From an uncultured Planctomycetaceae bacterium (GTDB lineage Bacteria; Planctomycetota; Planctomycetia; Pirellulales; PALSA-1355), in NCBI GenBank assembly GCA_963785305.1, contig CAWAUV010000007.1:928001-992000 (forward strand): 64,000 bases of DNA. Direction: 5' to 3'. Position 1 is the stretch's first letter, and the number at the start of each line of letters is the position of its first letter. Made by a program: the position numbers and the translations under genes. Below are positions 20,441 through 30,590 of this stretch, piece after piece. The notes beneath the pieces were generated by a model. The model saw nothing but the letters and a program-made list of their open reading frames with translations, made no database searches and was not told the origin of the DNA.

Positions 20441-21547
20441 ATGTGCATGCGCTTGTTTACCTTCGTCGCGGGTTCGTTGTCGACGCTCGTCGCCTTGGCT
20501 GTCGTTTCCGCGGCTGAGTTGGTCTTTCGCACCGATGGCGGCGATGAAAAGGCGCCGTGGTTTCAACTCGTGCCCGGCGAGTTTCCGCCGGCCGGCTCGG
20601 CGCATGCGATCTCGGGCGAATTGATTTCGGTCGATCATGTGAATCGCAAGGGGGTGCTTCGCCGCGACCGCGCCGGCGACCAGCGGACCGACGACTACGA
20701 TCAACCGCTGCCCTTCGAGCTGCTGTCCTATGGGTCGGTGGCTTATCACGGCGCCCCGGCCGAGCTGCGAGATATTCCCATCGGCACGCATCTCCACGGC
20801 CAGTTCTATCTCGAGGATCGCGCGGGCAAGCAGGTGTTTGGAAAAGTGCTGCGGCTCGAAGACGATTTCAGCGATTCGCAAGGCAACCATCGCCAGTGGC
20901 GCGTCGACCACTTCGATCGCGACAAGCGCACTCTCTCGCTGATCGGCCTGGGGCCCGAGGGCCAGCTCGACCCGAAACCAACCCTGTTTCGCATTCAACC
21001 CGCGACGCGCATTTGGCGGGGCCGCGGGCTCGGCTCGTGGGACGATCTGGCCGCCGGGCAGGAGGTGCTCGTGAATCTCACGGTTTGCACCATGAAAGGA
21101 CCCGGACGCTGCCTCGATGTTTGGCTCGACGACGAAAGCCGGGCCACCGCCACGGCGCTGCAAAAAGAAACGCATCGCCTGTTCGTGCGCGAACACGGTC
21201 TCGCGGCCCGAGTCGATGAAGTGGACAATCAGGCCCGCATCGTGACGATGACGATCTTCGCCGGCTTCGATCCGGAACTGAAGAACGACTTTCATGTGAA
21301 AGAGGGCGTGGCGATCGCGGTCGCCGAGGAAACGCTCCGCACTCACGACCAGCACAACGACGCGAGCCGCGGTCCGATCGTGGAACTGCTCGAAGGTCCG
21401 CCGGGTCCGGGCGATAGCGGCTGGCGAATGCGGGTGCGCGTGAACGAGCTTCTGGAGGGGCATCGGCCGAAGCGATTTGTGCGCGTGTTCGCGACCTCGT
21501 GGCCGGTCGAGGAGTTGCCTCGCGAAGAGAGCGCCTACGACGGCTAA
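20441..21547 (+). CDS. Secreted hypothetical protein co-transcribed with the DUF1592/DUF1552 pair
   Basis: Signal peptide-like N-terminus, intact ORF with good codon usage and repeated beta-barrel-like segments. Confidence 0.75.
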   Translation: MCMRLFTFVAGSLSTLVALAVVSAAELVFRTDGGDEKAPWFQLVPGEFPPAGSAHAISGELISVDHVNRKGVLRRDRAGDQRTDDYDQPLPFELLSYGSVAYHGAPAELRDIPIGTHLHGQFYLEDRAGKQVFGKVLRLEDDFSDSQGNHRQWRVDHFDRDKRTLSLIGLGPEGQLDPKPTLFRIQPATRIWRGRGLGSWDDLAAGQEVLVNLTVCTMKGPGRCLDVWLDDESRATATALQKETHRLFVREHGLAARVDEVDNQARIVTMTIFAGFDPELKNDFHVKEGVAIAVAEETLRTHDQHNDASRGPIVELLEGPPGPGDSGWRMRVRVNELLEGHRPKRFVRVFATSWPVEELPREESAYDG

Positions 21548-21585
21548 CGGCGCCGCGGGCCGAAGCGACGCGCGGCTGCCTCCAC

Positions 21586-21640
21586 GTCGAGATTGACGCG
21601 ATGGCGAGACTGGCGCCACGTCGAGACTGGCGCGATGTCG
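21586..21640 (+). repeat. Short tandem repeat, 3 x 17 bp
   Basis: GTCGAGATTGACGCGAT / GGCGAGACTGGCGCCAC / GTCGAGACTGGCGCGAT + GTCG. Confidence 0.6.
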
Positions 21641-21826
21641 GGCCGGCGGTTTTTGGCGGTCTGCTGTCGGCGGGGCCGCTCGATCTGGCTCCGAGCGGAT
21701 TCGCTGGCGAAGCCGTCACCTTTACAGCCTTCGGCCGATTCGCCAAAATGGACCCTCGGAACGGTCCTCGGCGCGGGGACCGAGTTTTTTTGCGCTCGTC
21801 AGGTTTGTACTAGGAAGCATCGGCAA

Positions 21827-22303
21827 ATGTCGGACCTCATCCCCATGACCCGCGCGGGTTACGAAAAGATCAAAGCCGAAGTCGAGCATATGGAAAATGT
21901 CGATATGCCGGCGATTGCCAAGCGCGTGGCCGAGGCGCGGAGCGAAGGCGATTTGAGCGAAAACGCCGAGTATCACGGCGCCCGCGAAAGCCAGGGCATG
22001 CTCCAGGCCAAGATCAATTTGCTGCGCGACAAGCTGGCGCGAGCCTCGATCATGGACCCCTCGAAGATGCCGAAGGGCGAGGTGGCGTTTGGTTCGATCG
22101 TGGTGGTCAAGGACCTGGACTTCGACGACGAGGAAACATTCGTGCTGGTGGGCGCCGGGGAAGAAGACTACGACGCCGGCAAGATTCTGGTCACGAGCCC
22201 GCTGGCCCAGGGCCTGTTGGGCAAGAAAATCGGCGACACGACGGAAATCCCGGTTCCCAAAGGCAAGATGCGCTTCGAGATCATCGACATTCGGTATGAA
22301 TGA
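21827..22303 (+). CDS. greA: Transcription elongation factor GreA
   Basis: [14 protein letters not shown] and [14 protein letters not shown] motifs. Confidence 0.96.
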   Translation: MSDLIPMTRAGYEKIKAEVEHMENVDMPAIAKRVAEARSEGDLSENAEYHGARESQGMLQAKINLLRDKLARASIMDPSKMPKGEVAFGSIVVVKDLDFDDEETFVLVGAGEEDYDAGKILVTSPLAQGLLGKKIGDTTEIPVPKGKMRFEIIDIRYE

Positions 22304-22445
22304 CGGAGTCGGCGAGAGAAACGCCCTGGAAGCTCCCTGAATCGACTTAAAACGGGGAGCGTGCCGATTTCGTTTTGCTTGCCATGTCGAAGGATGATCG
22401 CCCTGATTGCCAGATCGTCTTCGACCCGCGCGTCCGTGGTGCTTT

Positions 22446-23090
22446 CTAAAATGCCCGCCGACCCGAGAGTTGTTCGGCCGGCGCCGTCGTCGAATTAGTG
22501 TTCATGTCCGGCCAATCAATGCGGGAGGCCTCTGCGGCGCCAACCGCACGAGCGGTCGCAGGTGTTCGAGCAACTCGTTCATCATCACGGGTTTGTATAG
22601 ATAGGCGGTCACTCCCTGGGAGAGTCGCTGCCGGCGCACGCCGGGATTCGTCTGGCCCGTCAGGATGATCACCGGCGTCGGCCGGCGATCCGGCGTCATC
22701 GACTTCCGTGGTCCGGTGTCCGGCGCTCAGGCACTGGCATATTGCCGTGGCCAGATCCGTCCATAGCTTTGGCCCCTTGGTCACATGCCGCGCGCCCGCC
22801 AACTGGTAGCGGCGGATGGTGGCCTCGTCCGGCTGGCGGCTCAGGACGATAATGGGAATGCGCATCCATTTGCGATCGATTCCGAATTGCTCGAAGATCG
22901 ACGATTCGCTTCCAAGCGGCATATCCAGGTCGAGAATCATCAAGGCGGGCTTGGCCAGATAGGCTCCCTTCAGCGCGTGCAGCGCGTCGGGGGACTGCCA
23001 GACGTTGAAACCGAGCAGGCGACATTGCGTCGTCAAAAAGCGCGCCAAGTCGGCGTCGTATTCGGCTATCAAGATCGTGCGTTTCAGCAT
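22446..23090 (-). pseudogene. Response regulator: one receiver domain plus the out-of-frame C-terminal half of a second receiver
   Basis: ILIAEYDADL...MILDLDMP...IPIIVLS; then TPVIILTG...GVTAYLYKPVMMNELLEHL in another frame (22502-22699). Confidence 0.65.
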
Positions 23091-23382
23091 GCTGTTTCTT
23101 CCTGGCGCTCGGAACGGCGCCGAACGACGGGCCTGCTCTTCCCTGCATCCCGTCGCCGGCGACCATCGGCACATGAAACCTACCACGAGGTTTCGCGGCG
23201 GCCCTATGAGGAACTGCCTACCTGTCCTGGCTTCCGGATCGGTGTCTAGATGAATCGCTGGTCCCTCGCATGGAGCATTTGCTCATTGGCATTCCAACGA
23301 TCGCGACCCATGCTTGCCTTGGAGCGAGAAACGCGTGAACGCCAATCGTACAACCGTCGCGCGGCGCCTTCGGGGAGGAAAT

Positions 23383-24955
23383 ATGCGAACCGAGCAAATC
23401 AATGTCCTGTTGGTCGAAGACAACGTCGCCGACGCCGTCTTGGTGCGGCTGGCGCTGGAGAAATCTAGCAGCCGGTTTAATGTGACGACGGCCGATCGCT
23501 TGTCCGACGCGCTGGTCCAGTTAGAGACTCGCGGTTTTGACGTGGCGCTCGTCGATTTGTCGCTGCCCGACAGCCATGGACTCGGCGCCGTGCATTGCAT
23601 CCGGCGCGGCAGTCCCAAAATGCCCATTATCTTACTGACGGGAAACGATAGCGACGAAATGGCGATCGACGCGCTGGACAACGGCGTTCAGGATTATCTG
23701 TTGAAGGACGGGCTTTTTGAAAAGGCGCCCACCGACCTCCTCGTCCGCGCCATCCGCTACGCGATTCATCGGCAAAAATCGTCCGAGACCCAAAACCTGC
23801 TGGAACGCCTCGAAACCAGCCACAAACTGCTCAAGAGCAAAAATCGACGTCTCGCCAAACTTTGCAAGACCGCCGAGCGCTTCGTGGAAAACGTCTCGCA
23901 TGAGTTCCGCTCGCCATTGACGGTCATCAAGGAGTACACATCCTTGATGCTCGCTGAATTGCTTGGGCCGATCAACACCGAGCAGGCGCAATACTTGAAC
24001 GTCATCGAAAACCGCAGCGATGACCTCAATCGCATGGTCGACGACATCCTCGATGGCAGCCGTCTCGACGCCGGTTTGCTTGTCATGTCGCGCGTTCAAT
24101 GCCGGATCGCCGACATTATCGATGGGTTGCGACCGACGCTGGAAAGCAAGGCCAAGTCGCGCGGCAAGAAACTTCGCTTCGACATCGGGCAAGATTTACC
24201 CGCCGTTTACTGCGACCCCGAGAAAGTCGGCCGAGTGGTCGTGAACTTGGTGATCAACGCCATCAAGTTTTGTGGCGAACCCGGCAGCGTCGTGGTCAGC
24301 GTGTGCGCCGATCGGCCGGCCGCGAACGTCGTCGTCAGCATTCGCGACAATGGACGCGGTATCGAACCAGAGCATCTTCGGACTATTTTCGGACGGTTCA
24401 AGCAGGTCGGCAATCAGTCGCGTCACGGAACCGACGGTTTCGGATTGGGCCTGAGCATCGCGAAGGAGCTCGTCGACCTTAGCTTTGGTCAATTGACGGT
24501 CGAGAGCAATTTGGATAACGGAAGCACCTTTGCCTTCACGCTGCCCGTGGCCGATCCTCGCGAGGTCATCGTCCGGAGCCTCGACCGCATGGCCGAGCAC
24601 AATAAGGGCGAGACCTCGGTTTCCCTGCTCAGCGCGGCCGCTTTGGTCGAAGGCGAACCGCACGCGGGAAACGACATCCAATTCCTGTTGAACGACGTGC
24701 TGCGCGCGCACGATCTCTTGTTTCGCGTCGACGCCGACCATTGGCTGGTCGTGATTGCCGCGGACGGCGCCGGAGTCGAAGCGTTCCGCGCTCGATTGGC
24801 CAAAATGTTGGACGCCGTGAACCGGAACCGGCCGCGCGGCCCTTTGCCGGCGGTCAAGCTCGTGAACCAGGGCCATTGGCAATTGCCCGGCGCGAGATCA
24901 ATTGCTCGCCGACTTTTCCCGCCTCAACGGATCGGCGGCCCATGTCCAGGCATAG
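23383..24955 (+). CDS. Hybrid sensor kinase REC-HisKA-HATPase_c with a degenerate GGDEF-like tail (probable frameshift ~24895)
   Basis: LLVEDN/DLSLPD receiver; SHEFRSPL H-box; NLVINAIKF, DNGRGI and GFGLGL boxes; the +frame ORF runs on to 25161 but the likely true end is DQLLADFSRLNGSAAHVQA* at 24955. Confidence 0.88.
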
Positions 24956-25027
24956 CGATCGCCGATCCCGGCTCCAGCTCGTTTCAAAGTCTCGCAACAC
25001 GGTCAGTCACGCGAAGGAGGTCGCTTC

Positions 25028-25444
25028 ATGAACTACGGTCGAAAGGTGCTGATCGTCGACGACGACGAAGAAATCGTGCGCGGAACAACCGTTCGCCTGT
25101 GCGCCGCCGGTTACGAGACGAGCGCCGCGTTCAACGGAGCCGACGCGTTGCGCGGACTTGATCGAACTCGGCCCGACGCGATTTTGCTCGACGTCCGCAT
25201 GCCGGGGCTCGACGGACTGGACGTGCTCGATGTCTTGCAAAAGCGCGGCGACACGCGGCGCGTGCCTGTCGTCATGCTCTCCGCAAGTTTGTCCGATCAA
25301 CGCAAGGCGCTCAACGCGGGCGCCCGCTTTTTTCTCGCCAAGCCGTACCGAGGCGACGATTTGCTGCAGGTCGTGGAAAAGGTAATGGCAGTCGCCGGGC
25401 GCCTCGAGTCTTCGGATCTGCAGCCAGCCCTCATGATGAACTAA
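25028..25444 (+). CDS. Single-domain response regulator
   Basis: VLIVDDD, LLDVRMPGLDG, VVMLSA, FLAKPY; AAGGAGG RBS. Confidence 0.9.
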   Translation: MNYGRKVLIVDDDEEIVRGTTVRLCAAGYETSAAFNGADALRGLDRTRPDAILLDVRMPGLDGLDVLDVLQKRGDTRRVPVVMLSASLSDQRKALNAGARFFLAKPYRGDDLLQVVEKVMAVAGRLESSDLQPALMMN

Positions 25445-25471
25445 CATCCCCGCAACCGTGGGAGGAATATC

Positions 25472-25565
25472 GTGGCTGGCTACAGCCTCGGAGCGAAAAG
25501 TTACGTCCGCGGCCCGGTCGAGTTCGCCGCTTTCGTCGAGGCAATACGGCAACTGGATTATCCGT
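25472..25565 (+). pseudogene. C-terminal remnant of an Rcp1-like receiver
   Basis: GYSLGAKSYVRGPVEFAAFVEAIRQLDY resembles the YxLGANSYVRKPVDF...IRQL receiver C-terminus. Confidence 0.55.
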
Positions 25566-25666
25566 TGGGTCCTGAACAAACAAGCGACCATGTTCCATCG
25601 GGCTGCGCAAGCAATAAGAAAACGTCGCTGAGCTACAAGCTTCCTAATTATCCCAGAAGGGCAACC

Positions 25667-26062
25667 ATGACGAGAGCGCACACAGTATTGATTGCGGACG
25701 ATGACCTCGACCTGCTCGAAGTATTGTCGACCCGCTGTCGCGGCCTCGGACTCCACGTCCGCACGGCCGATAACTCGCTCGATCTGTTGAACACCATGCA
25801 CGATGACCCTCCCGGCCTAGCCTGCGTCGACGTGCAAATGCCGTGCGGCACCGGGTTGAGCGCCTGCGAAATTTTGGCCGCGGACCCCGAATTCTCGAGC
25901 ATTCCGGTCATCGTCATGTCGGGCGGCTGCAATTCGGACACAATTCGCCGCTGTTGGCGGTTGAACGCTCATTATGTATTGAAGAGCGCCGATACCTGGG
26001 CGAAGCTGGAGCCGCTCATTCGTAAAATGCTGAATTTGCCCGCCAAAGGGGCCGTCGTTTGA
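25667..26062 (+). CDS. Single-domain response regulator
   Basis: VLIADDD, VDVQMPCGTG, IPVIVMSG, YVLKS. Confidence 0.85.
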   Translation: MTRAHTVLIADDDLDLLEVLSTRCRGLGLHVRTADNSLDLLNTMHDDPPGLACVDVQMPCGTGLSACEILAADPEFSSIPVIVMSGGCNSDTIRRCWRLNAHYVLKSADTWAKLEPLIRKMLNLPAKGAVV

Positions 26063-26211
26063 CGTCGGCGGCGGAGTTGATCGCGCCCCCGCTCGATCCG
26101 CTTTCGAAATAACGAGGAGTTCCCGCTCTCGTTTGGTCCTAGTTACGTCGCGCCCGTGATTTTCTTGCGTCAACGCGTCAACTTCTTGTCCGCAACGAAG
26201 GGAGCGTCTCC

Positions 26212-26637
26212 ATGACCAGTTCGAATCGGTTTCGGCCAGGGCCGACCTTATTATGCATCGACGATGATCCTGGCATCGCGGCTTCGCTGTCGCTGCGATT
26301 GCGACCGTTCGACGTGCGGGTGACGACGGCTTATTTCGGCGAGCAGGGAATCTGGGAGGCCGTGACCGATCGACCGGATGTGATCATCACCGACCTGCGG
26401 ATGCCGCGGGGACAAGGTCACGATGTCGTCGAATGCCTGAAGGGCCGGGCCGATACCCATAAAGTGCCCGTGATCGTGTTGACTGGATGTCGCGATAGGG
26501 AAATCGCCAAACGCATGCTGGCCCTCGGCGTTGAGCACTATCTGCACAAACCCATCCGCTTCGACGTATTGTTGGACGTGCTCAGGTCGCACATCCCCCT
26601 GGAGCCTCGTTCCCAGCGCGTCGACGACGCTTCGTGA
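26212..26637 (+). CDS. Single-domain response regulator
   Basis: LLCIDDD, ITDLRMPRGQG, VPVIVLTG, YLHKPI. Confidence 0.88.
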   Translation: MTSSNRFRPGPTLLCIDDDPGIAASLSLRLRPFDVRVTTAYFGEQGIWEAVTDRPDVIITDLRMPRGQGHDVVECLKGRADTHKVPVIVLTGCRDREIAKRMLALGVEHYLHKPIRFDVLLDVLRSHIPLEPRSQRVDDAS

Positions 26638-26678
26638 AGCATCGCGCGCGCGCGGGGTCCGGGCGGCTTGCAAGCCGT

Positions 26679-27377
26679 TCATGCGAATTCGCGATGGAGC
26701 AGCAATTGGACTAGCTCGATCGGACTCTCGACGCGCATTTTCTCGAGCACCTTGGCCCGATGCTTGTCGACCGTCTTGGGGCTGATATCCAACCGCGAAG
26801 CGATTCCCTTGGTGCTCTGTCCTTGGGCAATCAGTTCCATTACCTCGCGCTCGCGCGCCGTGAGTCGGGCTTGGCGTTCGTTTAACTCCTGGAGATACGA
26901 GCGCGCCCGCCGGTTTTCTCGATTGCGGGCAATCGCTTCGCGAATACGAGCAACAAGAACCGTGGCTTCGAATGGTTTTGCGATGACGTCAATGGCCCCG
27001 GTGCGCATTGCTTGGACGACGGTCGGAACATCGCCGTGGCCAGTCAGAAAGATAATTACCGGCTCGGCGTTCTGGGATGCCAGCCGTTGCTGAAGTGCAA
27101 TCCCATTCATGCCGGGCATGCAAATATCAAGCAGCAAGCATCCCGGCCGCTCGGGGTCGTAGACGTCCAAGAACGCTTGCGAGCTAGAAAAGGCTTCGAC
27201 CATGATGCCGGCCGACTCGATGAGCAAGCAAATTATTTTGCGAATATTGGCGTCGTCATCCACAACGAATACGGTGGGTCGCGCCTCTGGCAAGGCGTTG
27301 AGAATCGGCGCCGGTTCGCATGCAATCGACCCCGGCCCCAGCCAATGGTCGGAAGCATCCTGAGCATAGTGCGTCAT
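26679..27377 (-). CDS. FixJ/LuxR-family DNA-binding response regulator
   Basis: VFVVDDD, LLDICMPGMNG, LTGHGDV and HTH LTAREREV...ISPKTVDKHRAKVLEKM. Confidence 0.92.
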   Translation of the reverse strand: MTHYAQDASDHWLGPGSIACEPAPILNALPEARPTVFVVDDDANIRKIICLLIESAGIMVEAFSSSQAFLDVYDPERPGCLLLDICMPGMNGIALQQRLASQNAEPVIIFLTGHGDVPTVVQAMRTGAIDVIAKPFEATVLVARIREAIARNRENRRARSYLQELNERQARLTAREREVMELIAQGQSTKGIASRLDISPKTVDKHRAKVLEKMRVESPIELVQLLLHREFA

Positions 27378-27890
27378 TTTGAGATGTTCCTCCAATCCAT
27401 GGCTCCGAAACTCCCTCGGAACCATCGAAATCCGCGCCTGATCGCAATCGAGTCGCCGATCACGGGGCTCTTCCGCGGGCAGCAGGTCTTGTCGAACACT
27501 TTTTTCGCGTCAGCCGCTGGGCGCCAGTTTTGGGTAATCCCGGACGCCAGGATCGAGAGTAAGCCCAACGTGCGCGGATCTCTCATCGATTTGCCCCTAG
27601 CAAAGCGGATTCGATCTCCCCACATGAAGGAGATCGACCTTATTGCCACTTTGCATGCAATCGAAAAAAGTGCGGAAATAGAGCATCTCGCAATATGCCA
27701 ACGCCGCGATTCCAGTTCGCGGCGAGTCCGCTGCGCTCGCCCAACCAGCCGCTTGGCCGACGCTTGTGGTCGATTCTCACGGTCGAGGAAAGACAAATCA
27801 CCCGATTTGAAATAGGTTCCCCGACGGCGGGAAGTGCGGTGGAACTCGGTAGCCGGTCGTGATCGCCAACCGGCGAAAGCGGTCCGCCGC

Positions 27891-29250
27891 TTAAATCTGG
27901 TTCGTCGAGCGAATGTCCACGCTCAAGCGGTGCGCCGTGAGGCCCTCTTTTTCGGCCAACGTGGCGACCAGCGGTTTCACGCGCTCGAGGCCCGCCGGGC
28001 TGAGCGAGATCACGCTGTTGCCGCGAACGAAGTCGGCCGACGAAAGGCCGCTCGCGAAGCGAGCCGTGCCGCCCGTTGGCAGCACATGCGATGGGCCGGC
28101 CGCGTAGTCGCCCACCGCGACCGGGCTCCAGTGGCCCACGAAAATCGCTCCGGCTCGTGGAATGCGTTCGACCCAAGTTTCGGCGTCGGCGGTGGCGATA
28201 TGCAAGTGCTCGGGCGCGATGCTATCGGCCAGCGCCGCGGCTTCCTCCGGCCGCTCCACCAGGATCAAAGCGCCAAACGCTTCGAGGCTCTGCCGGGCCA
28301 AGTCGCCGCGCTCGAGCCGCGCCAGTTGCTTCGTCAGCTCAACCATCGTCCGATCGAGCACCTCCGCTTCCCAGGCGATCAGCACACTGGCGCCCGGCGC
28401 GTGTTCGGCCTGGGCGATCAGGTCGGCCGCGGTGCATTCGGGGCGGGCCGAACTATCGGCAATCACCACCACTTCGCTCGGGCCGGCGATCGAGTCGATG
28501 TCCACTTCGCCATAGACCCGGCGCTTGGCGAGGGCGACAAACATGTTGCCCGGCCCCACGATCTTATCGACCTTGGGCACGCCCTCGACGCCATAGGCCA
28601 GCGCCGCCACCGCTTGCGCCGCCCATGCGATAAACTTCCGTCACGCCGAGCTCGTGGCATGTGGCCAACAGATCGCGGTTGTATGCGCCAAAGGCCGTCG
28701 GCGGCGCGACGATCGCAAGCTGCTTGACACCCGCCGCCTGAGCCGGCACGACCGTCATCAGCACCGTCGAGGGATAAGCCGCCGCTCCGCCGGGCACGCA
28801 AATCCCCACGCGCTCGAGCGGCAAATATCGCTGCCGCAGCGAGCTGCCGTCGGCATGGTCGACTCGCACATCGCGAGGCACGAGCGCGGTCTGAAATTCG
28901 AGAATGTTGGCCCGAATCCGCCGCACGCAGTCGAGAAACGGCTTCTCCGCCTCGGCATGAGCGGCGGCAAGCTCCTCGCGGCTCACGCGCAGCTCGGCGG
29001 AACTGAGTTCGGCCCGATCGAGCTTGCGGCTGTAGTCGAGCACGGCGGCAAGGCCATCGCGGCGAACATCGTCGCAAATGCGGGCCACGACCTCTTCGGC
29101 CGAAAGCGGCTCGCCAAACACTTCGATCGTTCGCCGCCGGCCGGCCTCGCTCACGATATTGCCGCGCGGGCTCAGCCGCTCGCGGAGCCGATCAAGCACC
29201 GCGCGGACATCGGCGTCGCGGCTATCAATGCGTTCGATGTTGAGTTGCAT
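27891..29250 (-). CDS. hisD: Histidinol dehydrogenase (frameshift ~28615)
   Basis: VPGGAAAYPSTVLM, GG|AQAVAALAYG, GPGNMFV, AGPSEV, QAEH, APEHL, GDYAAGPSHVLPT. Confidence 0.94.
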
Positions 29251-29466
29251 GCATTTCCTAAAACAAACGCGGGGCCGACGGCCGAGCGACTTGACGATCG
29301 CGCGCGGTCGGTGCTAGGTTTGTCTTTGTGTTCAGTGTAAATCGCAGGGGGCCTGGACGCGAGCGACGGGCAAGCCGAGACTTTATTTTGCTTGCCGAGC
29401 TCGCCGCGGGAAAGCCCTCTTGCCTTCCGCGCCGCTTGGCTGAGAGCGACAAGGAGTCTGTCGATC

Positions 29467-30527
29467 ATGCTTCCGCCGACCAGCGACCCAATCTTCGATC
29501 TTCGCAGCGACACGGTCACGCGCCCCACGCCCGCAATGCGGCGCGCCATGGCCGAAGCCGAAGTCGGCGACGATGTGTTTGGCGAAGACCCCACGGTCGC
29601 CCGGCTCGAGCGGCGCGTGGCCGAAATGCTCGGCAAGGAGGCGGCCCTGTTCATGCCGTCGGGCACCATGTCGAATCAGATCGGGCTCCGCTTGCACTGC
29701 GGCTTGGGCGATGGCTTTATCTGCGAGGCCAATTGCCATATCTATGTCTACGAGCAGGGCGCCTATGCCCAGCTCAGCGGCATCGCGGCCCAGCCGGTGC
29801 GTGGCCACGAAGGATTGCTCACGGTCGAGGATCTCGAAGGCGTGATGCTCGGCGGCAACGATCACTTGGTCACGATGCGCGTGCTCTCGCTCGAGAATAC
29901 GCATAATCGCGGCGCGGGTCGCATTCTGCCGCTCGATGAGACGCGGAAGCTGGCCGATTGGGCCCGCGAACGCAACTTGGCGATGCACCTCGACGGCGCG
30001 AGGCTCTTCAATGCCGTGGTCGCCAACGGCACGCCCGCTCGCCAGTGGGCGGCGGTGTTCGATACCGTGAGCGTGTGCTTTAGCAAGGGACTGGGGGCGC
30101 CGGTCGGCTCGGCGCTGGCCGGCTCGGTCGAGCACATTCGCCGAGCGCGTCGGCATCGCAAGGCGTTTGGCGGCGCGCTGCGGCAAAGCGGCGTGCTGGC
30201 CGCGGCGGCGATTCACGCGCTCGATCATCATATCGATCGCATGGCCGAAGATCACGCCCATGCGCGAAAACTAGCCGCGGCGCTCGCGCTTGCCCGGGCA
30301 TCACATTGACCCCCGCCACGATCGATACGAACATGGTGATCTTCGAAGTGAGCGCGTCCCAGGGTCCGGCGGCGGCTTTTTGCGAGCGACTCAAGCAGGC
30401 CGGCGTGCTCATGTTGCCCTTCTCCACGAAACGCGTGCGGGCCGTGACCCATCTCGACCTCGACACGCGGGCGATTGATCGCGTGTGCGAAATCGTCGGT
30501 CGCGTGGCCGACGGGGCGAACCGATAG
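29467..30527 (+). CDS. ltaE: Low-specificity L-threonine aldolase (frameshift ~30295)
   Basis: DLRSDTVTRP, VGDDVFGEDPT, SGTMSNQ, HLDGARLFNA, CFSKGLGAPVGS. Confidence 0.9.
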
Positions 30528-30590
30528 CAGGCGCCGGCGGGGCTTTCGGCGTTCTTCATTTCCGCGTCGACTCTTTGCTTTGCTTCGAGC

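Noticed and set aside
21586..21640. CRISPR array
   Set aside because: Contiguous 17-bp units with no spacers and no cas genes.
27380..27890. ORFs in the gap between the FixJ-type regulator and hisD
   Set aside because: No recognisable motifs or consistent codon bias; treated as intergenic or degraded sequence.
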